Shown: positions 36,798 to 45,948, numbered from the stretch's first letter. The stretch is DNA of 64,000 nt from Candidatus Euphemobacter frigidus (GCA_030765805.1 JAVCDH010000017.1:2467-66466); one strand, 5' to 3'. Made by a program: numbers and translations. Notes: generated by a model from the sequence alone, not told the origin.

Positions 36798-37895
36798 CTA
36801 ACCTCTCTTGATATAGCCGAAAACATGGATGTCATTTCCCAGACGATTGACGTCCATCCCGGATAAACAATAGGCATCCTTTACGCTCTTTACTCCCAGT
36901 CCTCCCACGGCGGGAGGAGACTTCCGTCCGCCGATGATGATCGGGGCGATAAAGAGATGGACCTCATCCACCAGCCCTTCTTCCAGAACGGCAGCAGCGG
37001 TCTCTCCCCCCCCCTCCACCAGCAGCCTCATCACCCCCTGCTCCGCCAGTCTCCGGAAGAGGACTTTCAAACTCACCCGTCCCTTTCGGGCCGGGACTTT
37101 CAGGCAGGCGGCGCCGCCCTCGGTTATCTTCTTCAGCTTATCCGGTGGGGCCAGAGAAGTCATCGCCAAAATGGTATTGCTCGCCCCTCTCCCCCGAAAG
37201 AGGCGGGCCGTGGGGGGAGCATCCCCTCTGCTGTCCAGGACCACCCTCTTCAGGCCCGGGTTGCGGTAACCCATCCGGACGGTCAGAAGTGGGTCATCGG
37301 CGATGACGGTATTCAATCCGACCATGATCGCGTCGGAAAGGCTTCTGAGATAGTGAACATATCTCCGACTCGGGAGAGAGCTGATCCACCGCGATCTTCC
37401 CCGGCGGTCGGCGATCTTCCCATCAAGAGAGAGAGCCAGCTTTAAAGTGGTATAGGGGCGGCGTTTCTCCGTCCAGATGAAGAAATCACGGTTCAGTTCA
37501 AAACTTTCTTCTTCCAGGACACCCGTCTCCACCGAGATGCCGGATTTTTTGAGAATTTTTTCCGCGTGATCCCGATTGAGAGGATCGCGATCGCGGCACC
37601 CGATAACCACCCGTCTCACCCCGGAACTGATGATGGCCTCGGTGCAGGGGGGCGTCTTGCCGTAACTGGAGCAAGGCTCCAGGTTGATATAAAGAGTGGC
37701 TCCCCGGGCCGACTCCCCGGCCTTTTTCAGGACTTTCGCCTCCGCGTGAGGGGCGCCGTAACTGGAGTGATAGGCCGAGGCGATCACCTGATCGCTTTTG
37801 ACCAAAACAGCCCCCACCCTCGGGTTCGGCCGCACCGCGAGACCCCCCCTCGCGGCCAGGGAGAGCGCTCTTCGCATATAGTGAATGTCCTTCAT
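36798..37895 (-). CDS. ribD: Bifunctional riboflavin deaminase/reductase
   Basis: Motifs PNPRVGAV, HAE, LEPC and LVEGGG. Confidence 0.96.
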   Translation of the reverse strand: MKDIHYMRRALSLAARGGLAVRPNPRVGAVLVKSDQVIASAYHSSYGAPHAEAKVLKKAGESARGATLYINLEPCSSYGKTPPCTEAIISSGVRRVVIGCRDRDPLNRDHAEKILKKSGISVETGVLEEESFELNRDFFIWTEKRRPYTTLKLALSLDGKIADRRGRSRWISSLPSRRYVHYLRSLSDAIMVGLNTVIADDPLLTVRMGYRNPGLKRVVLDSRGDAPPTARLFRGRGASNTILAMTSLAPPDKLKKITEGGAACLKVPARKGRVSLKVLFRRLAEQGVMRLLVEGGGETAAAVLEEGLVDEVHLFIAPIIIGGRKSPPAVGGLGVKSVKDAYCLSGMDVNRLGNDIHVFGYIKRG

Positions 37896-37923
37896 GAAGA
37901 TCCTGACAAATTACGAGATCAGA

Positions 37924-38862
37924 TTATTCCGCTAATAAAGCCTCCGTGAACGCGCGGGGGTCGAACTCAAGCAGGTCAGAGAGGGCTTCGCCGACCCCCA
38001 CCGCTACTACCGGGATTCCCAGCTCCTGCTGGATGGAGACAACGATGCCGCCCCGGGCGGTTCCATCCAGCTTGGCCAGCAATACGCCGGTCAGCGGTAA
38101 TGCCTCCGCGAATCGGCCGGCCTGGACCAACCCATTCTGTCCAAACGTCGCGTCCAGGCAGAGGTATATCTCGTCGGGCGCCGACGGCTTTATCTTTCGC
38201 AACACCCGGGCAATCTTTTCCAGTTCATCCATCAGACCGGTCCGGGTATGGAGTCGCCCCGCCGTATCGAGGATAAGATAATCATATCCCCGGGAGACAG
38301 CCGCCTGCAAGGCGTCGAAGGCGACCGCGGCGGGGTCTCCCCCGTATCTCTGCTGGATAAGGTCGACCCCGATCCGCTGGGCCCAGATCTGGAGCTGCTC
38401 GATAGCGGCGGCGCGGAAGGTATCACAGGCACCCAGAAGAACCCGGCTCCCTCCGGCCCGCAGTCTATGCGCCAGCTTGGCGATGGTGGTGGTCTTCCCG
38501 GTCCCGTTGACCCCCACCACCATGATAACAACCGGGCTCTCCCGAGCTTTCCCCACCACGGAGAGCGGCTTCGCGTTCTTCGAAAGTAGAGCGATCAGCT
38601 CTTCAATCAGTCTCGACTTGACCATCTCCGGCGTCACTCCCTTCTTGTTCTTCATCTCCATCCGGACACGATCCAGCAGATTCACGGTCGTCTCAACCCC
38701 GAGATCAACCTCAATCAACGCGGCTTCCCAGTCTTCCCAGAAATCATCGGAAAGCTCCCCCGACTTCCCCAGCCAGTGGGAGATCTTATTCTTTAAAGAG
38801 CGGCGGGTCTTACCCAGGCTGTTTCTGTATTGCCTCTTTTTAGTTTTAAGGTTCCCGGTCAT
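37924..38862 (-). CDS. ftsY: SRP receptor FtsY (no acidic N-domain)
   Basis: Motifs GVNGTGKTTT, DTFRAAA, DTAGR and KLDGTARGG. Confidence 0.96.
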   Translation of the reverse strand: MTGNLKTKKRQYRNSLGKTRRSLKNKISHWLGKSGELSDDFWEDWEAALIEVDLGVETTVNLLDRVRMEMKNKKGVTPEMVKSRLIEELIALLSKNAKPLSVVGKARESPVVIMVVGVNGTGKTTTIAKLAHRLRAGGSRVLLGACDTFRAAAIEQLQIWAQRIGVDLIQQRYGGDPAAVAFDALQAAVSRGYDYLILDTAGRLHTRTGLMDELEKIARVLRKIKPSAPDEIYLCLDATFGQNGLVQAGRFAEALPLTGVLLAKLDGTARGGIVVSIQQELGIPVVAVGVGEALSDLLEFDPRAFTEALLAE

Positions 38863-38868
38863 CTAATA

Positions 38869-38940
38869 TTTTAATCCTGTTATTCCCGTCAAATAAAATT
38901 TTTAATCCTGTTAATCCCGTCAAATAAATAATCCTGTCAA
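38869..38940. repeat. AATCCTGT-family repeats: two 29-bp direct copies (one mismatch) plus a partial unit
   Basis: 38869-38897 versus 38900-38928. Confidence 0.8.
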
Positions 38941-38963
38941 ATATTTTTCTTAGAAAAATCGGG

Positions 38964-39857
38964 TTAAGTCTTTCCGTCCGAAGCCGACCCTTCGATAATG
39001 CGTGCTTCGGCCGTTGGAGGAATCTTTCGTCTCCGGATCTCCTCCGCCTTCTCTCTCAACTGCTCCACCACCTGGTAGGGGACCTTCACCGATCCTATAA
39101 AAATATTCTCTTTATTTGACCCGTGACAGTCCGATCCCCCCGTCACCAGAATTCCATAATGGCGGGCCAGTTCCAGGTAGTGGTTGGTAATAAACCTGGA
39201 ATGGGTCGGGTAATAGGCTTCCAGCCCGGCTAAGCCGAGACCTATCAGTTCCGGGATCAACTCATCCCGGCCCAGTTGATTCGGATGGGCCAGAACCGGC
39301 ACCCCCCCGGCCCGGAGGATCATCCCCAGAGCCTCTTTCTTGCTGAGTTTCATCTTCGGGACATAGGCGGGGCCATCATTGCCGATGTATTTATGAAAGG
39401 CTTCGCGCAGGTTCTTGATATAACCGGCGCGGAGGAGTCCCAGTGCGATATGAAGTCGGCCGATCGACCCGGAGATCTGTCCTGGAAGCAGCCTCTCCAG
39501 ATCCAGGGGAAACCCCATCTTTTCGAGTTTCTGCAGCATCTTCGTCGCCCGCTCGGATCGAATCTTCCGCAAGAGGGAGAGACGTTCCAAAAGTTCTCTG
39601 TCTTCGTATTTTAGGAAGTACCCGAGGATATGCATCTCGGCGTCACCAAGTTCAACGGAGATCTCGATCCCCGGAATGATCTCCACCCCATAGCTCGGGG
39701 CCAGCAACACCGCTTCCGGCAACGATTTCACCGAATCATGATCGGTGATGGCGATAGCGGAAAGCTCCGCTTTCCGGGCCTCTTCCAGCGCCTCCCGGAC
39801 CGAATAAGTGCCGTCCGAGGCGATGGTGTGAATGTGGAGATCCGCAAATTTATTCAT
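38964..39857 (-). CDS. PHP domain phosphoesterase
   Basis: Motifs DLHIHT, AITDHD, LAHP and GGSDCH. Confidence 0.92.
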   Translation of the reverse strand: MNKFADLHIHTIASDGTYSVREALEEARKAELSAIAITDHDSVKSLPEAVLLAPSYGVEIIPGIEISVELGDAEMHILGYFLKYEDRELLERLSLLRKIRSERATKMLQKLEKMGFPLDLERLLPGQISGSIGRLHIALGLLRAGYIKNLREAFHKYIGNDGPAYVPKMKLSKKEALGMILRAGGVPVLAHPNQLGRDELIPELIGLGLAGLEAYYPTHSRFITNHYLELARHYGILVTGGSDCHGSNKENIFIGSVKVPYQVVEQLREKAEEIRRRKIPPTAEARIIEGSASDGKT

Positions 39858-40264
39858 CAGGTTTTAATCTCTTGTCTTACCTGATCCAGGATACCGTTCA
39901 CGAACTGGCCGGACTGGGCGGTGCTGAATTTTTTCGCGATCTCCACCGCTTCGTTGATCGATACGAGGGGAGGGATATCATCCCGGAATTTGAGTTCGTA
40001 GATGGAGAGTCGTAATATGTTCTTATCAACCAGGGCGATCCGGTCCAGCCGCCAATTCCGGGCATGATCGGCGATAATCCCGTCAACTCGGTCGAGTTGC
40101 TCAATCGTACCCCTGATCAGTTCTCCGGCAAACCGGCGAACCTTGTCGGGGGCGCGATTAACATTCCAGAAATCGGATAAAGTCTCGTCGAGATCCTTCC
40201 GGTTCAGATCATAGCCGTATAAAAACTGGAGGGCCAACTCTCTCGCCTGTCGTCTCTGTCCCAT
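39857..40264 (-). CDS. nusB: Transcription antitermination factor NusB
   Basis: Motifs RRQARELALQ, INEAVEIAK and FVNGILD. Confidence 0.96.
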   Translation of the reverse strand: MGQRRQARELALQFLYGYDLNRKDLDETLSDFWNVNRAPDKVRRFAGELIRGTIEQLDRVDGIIADHARNWRLDRIALVDKNILRLSIYELKFRDDIPPLVSINEAVEIAKKFSTAQSGQFVNGILDQVRQEIKT

Positions 40265-40306
40265 ATTGCTCTCTTTATCCCGGGAACGTTATTTCCGGGC
40301 TAAATC

Positions 40307-40439
40307 GTAACTACTCAGGTTATCAGGTTCAAGGTTCAAGGTTCAAGGTTGAAAACATGTATAAAGCTGCAATTTCGGGAACCAGGCAACCGTGAACCGT
40401 GAACCCCTCAACCGTGAACCCCTGAACCTGAGTAGTTAC
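40307..40439. mobile_element. Empty GTAACTACTCAGG-TIR element, 133 bp, with an 8-bp TSD GCTAAATC
   Basis: Perfect TIRs; TSD at 40299-40306 and 40440-40447; supplies the ribH TAA stop. Confidence 0.9.
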
Positions 40440-40900
40440 GCTAAATCTTTATACAGGTTCGCCATCTCGATCGCGGCCATGGCGGCATCGAAGCCTTTAT
40501 TCCCCGCCTTGGTCCCCGCTCTTTCTATCGCCTGTTCCAGCGTATAGGGAGTGATGACCCCGTAAGAGACGGGGATGGCACTCTCCTGTCCGGCCGCGGC
40601 GATACCCCGGGTGACCTGGGTGCTGATATACTGCCAATGAGCTGTATCCCCTTTGATTACCGCTCCCAGGCAGATGACGGCGTCATACTTGTCGCCCCGG
40701 GCCATCCGGGCGGCAACCGCGGGGATCTCCCATGAACCGGGGACCCAGGCGACCTCGATATCATCGTCATCGGCCCCGTTTCTCTTCAGGGCGTCCACCG
40801 CTCCTTCGAGGAGCTTCCCGGTAATAAATTCATTAAAACGACTGATCACGATTCCAAACTTCAGCCCTTCAGCCGAAAGTTTCCCTTCAAATATCTTCAC
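40436..40900 (-). CDS. ribH: 6,7-dimethyl-8-ribityllumazine synthase
   Basis: Motifs SRFNEFIT, VPGSWEIP, LEQAIERAG and NKG. Confidence 0.96.
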   Translation of the reverse strand: MKIFEGKLSAEGLKFGIVISRFNEFITGKLLEGAVDALKRNGADDDDIEVAWVPGSWEIPAVAARMARGDKYDAVICLGAVIKGDTAHWQYISTQVTRGIAAAGQESAIPVSYGVITPYTLEQAIERAGTKAGNKGFDAAMAAIEMANLYKDLA

Positions 40901-40931
40901 AATACACCTCCTTGCATTAGTATGTTTTCAC

Positions 40932-41212
40932 GTAACTTCTCAGGTTGTCAGGTTCACGGTTCACGGTTCACGGTTCACGGTTTGTTGCCTTGCGCACTTC
41001 ATATGTCTTGAGATAGTTGATGAATCCACGAACGGCAGCACGTGTTCGTCTGACCTGCTCGTAAACAACTTTGAATTCGTTGGGCAAACGGTACACTTTC
41101 CGAGTCAATTCGCGTGCCAATTGCCAAGCATCAATATCTTAAAACCGTTCAATCTTCATCACTCTCTAACCGTGAACCTCTGAACCGTGAACCCCTGAAC
41201 TTGAGTAGTTAT
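40932..41212. mobile_element. GTAACTACTCAGG-TIR element, 281 bp, with an 8-bp TSD GTTTTCAC and a four-helix-bundle relic
   Basis: TSD at 40924-40931 and 41213-41220; inverted GGTTCAC arrays. Confidence 0.9.
40968..41159 (-). pseudogene. Four-helix-bundle (TIGR02436-like) gene relic with a nonsense codon and a central deletion
   Basis: MKIERF*DIDAWQLARELTRKVYRL joined to NEFKVVYEQVRRTRAAVRGFINYLKTYE. Confidence 0.82.
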
Positions 41213-41225
41213 GTTTTCACTTCAA

Positions 41226-41337
41226 ACTTTAGTCACCCTCCTTCGCTATTACATAGCTACGGCGGGTAAACTTTAGTCACTTTAGCTCACTTTAGTCACT
41301 TTAGTTCACTTTAGTCACTTTAGTCACTTCACTTCAC
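41226..41337. repeat. ACTTTAG(T/C)TC tandem array with an embedded REP-like unit
   Basis: Contains the reverse complement of the right part of 52331-52468; the ribBA TGA stop is in the last unit. Confidence 0.85.
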
Positions 41338-42533
41338 AGCCTATGACCCATCTTCTCCTTCTTGGTCTGGAGATAGCGATAATTATGTTTATTTGGGGGG
41401 ATCTTGATGGGAACAATCTCTGTAATACTCAGCCCGTATCCGCTCAAGCCGATAATCTTGCGCGGGTTGTTGGTCATAAGACGGATACTGGTCAAGCCTA
41501 ATTCCCGGAGGATCTGGGCGCCGATCCCGTACTCCCTGAGATCGGCATCGAAACCAAGCTGTTCATTGGCCTCTACCGTGTCGAGCCCCTGGTCCTGGAG
41601 GTAGTAAGCCATGAGCTTGCTCTCCAGGCCGATCCCCCGCCCCTCCTGGTCCATATAGAGAATGACCCCCCGGCCTTCTTTCGCGACTCTCTTCAGGGCA
41701 AAATCAAGCTGTTCCCCGCAATCACAACGTCTGGATTTAAAGACATCGCCGGTCAAGCACCTTGAATGTACCCGGACCAGGACATCCTTCTCTCCTGCTA
41801 CGTCTCCCATTATCAGCGCCAGATGAGGTCGGCCATTATCCACAGTTGACGTAAAGAGTTTGAGAATAAAATCCCCATAGGCGGTCGGGAGAAAAGTGGT
41901 CACTATCTCTGTAACCAGCTTCTCAGTGGAGCGGCGGAGATGGATCAGATCGGCGATCGTCCCCATCTTCAGTCCGAACTTCGCCTTAAACCGCCGTAAC
42001 TGGGGAAGGCGGGCCATGGTCCCGTCATCATTGATAATCTCGCAGATGACCGCGGCCGGTTCCAGACCGCTTAAACGCATCAGGTCAACCGCGGCCTCGG
42101 TATGACCGGCCCTGACCAGCACTCCTCCCGGCCGGGCTTCAAGGGGAAAGACATGTCCGGGTGTAACGACATCCCCCGGACCGGAGTGCGGGCGGGAGAG
42201 TATCTTTATCGTTCGGGCCCGATCTCCGGGGGAGATGCCGGTCGTTATCCCCCGGCTCGCGTCGACTGAGACCGTAAAGGCGGTGCCAAAGGTATCCCGG
42301 TTACTCTTTACCATCGGCTCCAACCCCAGCGTCGTCAACCGCTCCGCGGTCATCGGGACGCAGACCAGGCCCCGGCCCCGGGAGATCATGAAATTAATCG
42401 CCTCCGGCGTAACTTTCTCCGCCGCCATGACCAGATCCCCCTCATTCTCCCGGCCTTCGTCATCGGCCAAGATAATCATCTTCCCGACTTTTAAGTCCTC
42501 GACCAAGCTCTCTACTGGATCAAATCCCGTCAT
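41334..42533 (-). CDS. ribBA: Bifunctional DHBP synthase/GTP cyclohydrolase II
   Basis: Motifs [27 protein letters not shown] and QEGRGIG. Confidence 0.97.
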   Translation of the reverse strand: MTGFDPVESLVEDLKVGKMIILADDEGRENEGDLVMAAEKVTPEAINFMISRGRGLVCVPMTAERLTTLGLEPMVKSNRDTFGTAFTVSVDASRGITTGISPGDRARTIKILSRPHSGPGDVVTPGHVFPLEARPGGVLVRAGHTEAAVDLMRLSGLEPAAVICEIINDDGTMARLPQLRRFKAKFGLKMGTIADLIHLRRSTEKLVTEIVTTFLPTAYGDFILKLFTSTVDNGRPHLALIMGDVAGEKDVLVRVHSRCLTGDVFKSRRCDCGEQLDFALKRVAKEGRGVILYMDQEGRGIGLESKLMAYYLQDQGLDTVEANEQLGFDADLREYGIGAQILRELGLTSIRLMTNNPRKIIGLSGYGLSITEIVPIKIPPNKHNYRYLQTKKEKMGHRL

Positions 42534-42574
42534 ATTTCAAACCCCACAAAGTACAGCGAAATAAATATAAATCT

Positions 42575-42612
42575 AAAAACAAAAACGCCTCAGAGAGATC
42601 TTCTCCGAGGCG
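42575..42612 (-). terminator. Intrinsic terminator of the riboswitch expression platform
   Basis: CGCCTCGGAGA-AGAT-CTCTCTGAGGCG followed by a U-rich tract. Confidence 0.75.
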
Positions 42613-42637
42613 AAACAAGATAATGCCACTGTAATCT

Positions 42638-42805
42638 AATCTTCTTCCATCCGGACTCTACCGTCGGCACCGGTCTTTCACCGGTTCATTCCTCCCCGCT
42701 CTTCTTCAAAAGCGACGGGTATAGTTCGCGGGCTTACGGAGAGGCCGGTTAATCCACGCTCCTCCGATCACCGCCGGTCGGGAATTTCACCCTGCCCCGA
42801 AGATT
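42638..42805 (-). ncRNA. FMN riboswitch (RFN element)
   Basis: Segments CTTCGGGGCAGGGTGAAATTCCCGACCGGCGGT, AGCCCGCGA and GCCGACGGTAGAGTCCGGATGGAAGAAG; upstream of ribBA. Confidence 0.95.
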
Positions 42806-42862
42806 ATGTAGATACTATGGTAGACTAAGTCTAAAAAAGCAAGTAAAATATAAGTGATTCCT

Positions 42863-43016
42863 ATGAGTCCTGCATAATGGTGATCGCTGGGTCATTGCGA
42901 GGATCCCGATGAATATCGGGGAACGAAGCAATCTCAATACATTGATCCACACTGAATTATAACTTATCAAATGAGATTGCTTCACAATGACTAATTAGGC
43001 TATTTTGCAGAAGCCT
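42863..43016. mobile_element. 154-bp MITE-like element flanked by a 14-bp direct repeat TATAAGTGATTCCT
   Basis: Direct repeat at 42849-42862 and 43017-43030, imperfect CTGCA(T/A)AAT ends, and inner GTCATTGCGA..GAAGCAATCTC / GAGATTGCTTC..CAATGAC arms. Confidence 0.78.
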
Positions 43017-43291
43017 TATAAGTGATTCCTCGGTTTTACTTGGAGATCAGCGCATTGAGTCTTCTCTTCGCTGTTTTGGTAGATGCTTCGGAAGGATGGC
43101 GAGGGGTGAGGATGCCCGAGCCGATACGACACCTCCTTATTCAAATGAGGGACGATCCTGACTCATTATGGGAGGACCCGGATTTAACAATACTGGCCGT
43201 ATAAATTGATTCAGGAACTATTCTCAAAACTAAAAGTGTGAAAAATTTTGGACACTACCAAACGCCGCCTTTTCTTCTTTATTCAATTAAA

Positions 43292-43549
43292 CTAGGAGCC
43301 TGTCCGAGTAATAATCTCTGACGCGCCGCCTGTCACTTGCGAGCGAATCAAGGCGCGAGGCCGGAGCAACGCAGAGTCGCGACGCAAGTGACGGCTGCCT
43401 AAAGGGTTTCGGCGGGGGGCAGCTGCCTGTGGCGTTGTCCGGCCCTTGGCGGGAACGATGCGTTCAGCATCGCCTGCGTTGCCGTACCTTGCATTCGGCC
43501 GCCCGGCGCTCGAAACGCGTCGAGAGCCATTACTCGGACAGGCTCCTAG
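43292..43549. mobile_element. MITE of about 250 bp with a perfect 21-bp inverted terminus including CTAG (IS5-like target)
   Basis: CTAGGAGCCTGTCCGAGTAAT ... ATTACTCGGACAGGCTCCTAG. Confidence 0.85.
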
Positions 43550-43550
43550 G

Positions 43551-45461
43551 TTATCTCGTCACCGGGATATCACCGGAATTCCCGTAATACGCGCGGGTTA
43601 AACCCCGGATCGCCCACAGGCCGGAGGTATCCCGGAAGATCCCGATGTCATCCGAAGAGTTACCATCGAAGTCGGCGGGTACCGGCTCGTCGGAGCTCGT
43701 TCCGTAGTAGCACCGGGTCAGACCTCTCACCGCCCACAGGCCGGACGATGATCGGAATATCCCGGCCTCCCAGGTCCCGTCACCTGAGTAGTCACCAGGG
43801 ATCGCCCTATCGCTACTCCCCCCGAAGTAGAGCCGACTTACGCCTTTCAGCGCCCAAAGCCCCGAACTCTCACAGTATAGCCCGATCTCCTTCGTGCCGT
43901 CCCCATCGTAGTCCCCGGGCACCGGGATGCCCCCTCCCTGACCGAAGTAGACTCGGGTCACGCCCTTTACCGCCCAGAGGCCGGACGAACCCCGGAAGAT
44001 CCCGATCTCACAGGCGCTCGAGGGGTTGAATTGCAGGGGTACTGCGATGTCGGAGGAAGACCCAAAGTAAGCCCGGGTCACTCCCCTTATCGCCCAAAGA
44101 CCAGATGATCCCCGGTAAACCCCGATCACGGCTGTGCCGTTGCCGTTATAGTCCCCGGAAATAGGCATATCCAAACTCGTGCCGTAGTAGCACCGGGTTA
44201 TCCCCCGAATCGCCCACAAGCCTGAAGTCCTCCTGAAGAGAGCTATGTCTGAGGTGCCATCCCCATCATAGTCTCCTGAATCAAGGATTATAATCGGAGG
44301 GATGGGAGTGGGCGTGGGAGTGGGAATAGGAGTCGGTCCCCCGGTATGATAAAGTACGACCAGCCCGTGATTATAATCACCGATCACCAAGTCCGGCCAG
44401 CCGTCGTTATTAATGTCCTTCACGTCAAGACCCTGAGCATTATAATGGCTGGCGTAGGGAATATTATAAAGTTCTTCCGGGAAGAGGGTTCCGCCCGGAA
44501 GCTGGAGAAAAATCCCCACCTTACACCAGCCACCGTGGACTACTACTACATCTTTCCGTCCGTCTAGATTTACATCGGCCACGGCAACAGTTTCAGGAAT
44601 GTCGTAGGCATTATATGTAGCGGTATGGGCAAGAGTACCACTGGCGGTCTGGGAAAAAATAGCAAGCCTGGCATTAGGACTATTACCCCCATAAGTCATA
44701 ACCACATCGTCGAGCCCATCTCCGGTTACGTCCCCGACAGCGATATTGTTAGCATTGCCAACGTCTATATCATAGTCCACTTTTGGGGCTAAGGTCCCAT
44801 CAGGCTTTTGAAGGAAAACCGAGAAGTTGGGATTGGCATATCCCTGCCCGTTCATTTTAACCGCATCGATCCTGCCGTCATGATTGAGATCTCCAACAGC
44901 GACGTCATCATATCCGGCCTGATTGCAGGGATACGTGGTCATGTCGCTAAAAGTTCCGCTCTCATTCTGAATAAAGACACCGATATAACTTTCCCGCCAG
45001 TGGGGAATAACAACATCGGCGCGCCCATCTCCATTGAGATCACCCACAGCAATCGCATCAGGGCCATCACCGGTAATGTAAACCACCTCGTCTGCCATGG
45101 TGCCGTCCATCTGTTGCAAAAAGACACCGATATAGTTCCCCGTTTCCACCACTATATCGTCCCTTCCGTCGTAATTTAAATCTCCCACAGCCAGATTATC
45201 CGGCGAGGGAGGAGCGTAATAGATAGTAGGAGAACCAAGAGAACCGTCGGTTTGCTGGTAGAAAATGTAGAGGTAGTCTTCTGTGGTCAGGGCCACATCA
45301 TTTCGGAAGTCGTGGTTAAAGTCACCGATCCCGACACCATCACCGTCCGGGGCGTCATATACTACATAGGGCTCAAAAAGCTCCTCCTGGCTGTATATTA
45401 AAGAAGGAAAAGTTGCGCCCAAGGTCAGTACAAATGATGCCATAAGATATATTTTTTTCAC
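43551..45461 (-). CDS. Secreted FG-GAP/VCBS repeat protein with a P/T linker and six C-terminal SGLW repeats
   Basis: Signal peptide, repeated GDLNxDGRxD motifs, PTPIPTPTPTP linker and terminal GDIPVTR. Confidence 0.88.
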   Translation of the reverse strand: MKKIYLMASFVLTLGATFPSLIYSQEELFEPYVVYDAPDGDGVGIGDFNHDFRNDVALTTEDYLYIFYQQTDGSLGSPTIYYAPPSPDNLAVGDLNYDGRDDIVVETGNYIGVFLQQMDGTMADEVVYITGDGPDAIAVGDLNGDGRADVVIPHWRESYIGVFIQNESGTFSDMTTYPCNQAGYDDVAVGDLNHDGRIDAVKMNGQGYANPNFSVFLQKPDGTLAPKVDYDIDVGNANNIAVGDVTGDGLDDVVMTYGGNSPNARLAIFSQTASGTLAHTATYNAYDIPETVAVADVNLDGRKDVVVVHGGWCKVGIFLQLPGGTLFPEELYNIPYASHYNAQGLDVKDINNDGWPDLVIGDYNHGLVVLYHTGGPTPIPTPTPTPIPPIIILDSGDYDGDGTSDIALFRRTSGLWAIRGITRCYYGTSLDMPISGDYNGNGTAVIGVYRGSSGLWAIRGVTRAYFGSSSDIAVPLQFNPSSACEIGIFRGSSGLWAVKGVTRVYFGQGGGIPVPGDYDGDGTKEIGLYCESSGLWALKGVSRLYFGGSSDRAIPGDYSGDGTWEAGIFRSSSGLWAVRGLTRCYYGTSSDEPVPADFDGNSSDDIGIFRDTSGLWAIRGLTRAYYGNSGDIPVTR

Positions 45462-45948
45462 TATTACTTCCTCCGGGGAGATATTAATTCATTTTCGTTC
45501 ATATTTCGGTTATATTGTAATCGTGTTTTATGATAGGTTAAAGAGGCTTAACCTCCGAGATTTTAATGCCAAAGGCATTATTTTACCTTTGTTCACAAGT
45601 CGAATATGAGTTTTAATTTTCCGGGATTTATCTACGATAACAATTATAGGTTGTTTTGTCAAAATAATTTCACGAAAATTCTTCTCCTACGATATTTCCC
45701 TCCTCCAGTCCGGACCTGGTGGAAAATTTTCACAATCTCACCAGGGGAATACACTACTCCAGAGAAAAAGCCGGGTCTCTCCTTCCGGGCTCAGGGCCAG
45801 ACTCACTGAAAATCTCGTGGCAAGATTTATTCCCTCAGTTCTCACAGGATGTCACCCTGATTCTTGCTGGGAATAGAGAAGAAGAGTATTTATTGCGGAG
45901 GAGAAAGAAAAACGACGGATGGGGAGGGGGGAGTTTGACTGGGGGGAT

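Noticed and set aside
25874-41159. Diversity-generating retroelement, suggested by Avd-like four-helix-bundle relics and the two similar SGLW modules
   Set aside because: There is no reverse transcriptase, and the two modules differ at all base types rather than only at adenines.
40653-41183. 176-aa plus-strand ORF (VHGSRFTV repeats)
   Set aside because: It is a translation of the GGTTCAC array and the antisense strands of ribH and the relic gene.
41226-41337. Tandem arrays as a CRISPR array (also 59247-59318)
   Set aside because: The units are 7-9 nt with no unique spacers, and there are no cas genes.
43022-43204. Small ORF, and a perfect AAGGAGGT SD-like sequence on the minus strand near 43135
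   Set aside because: No properly spaced start codon follows the SD and neither strand gives a recognisable product; at most this is decayed sequence.
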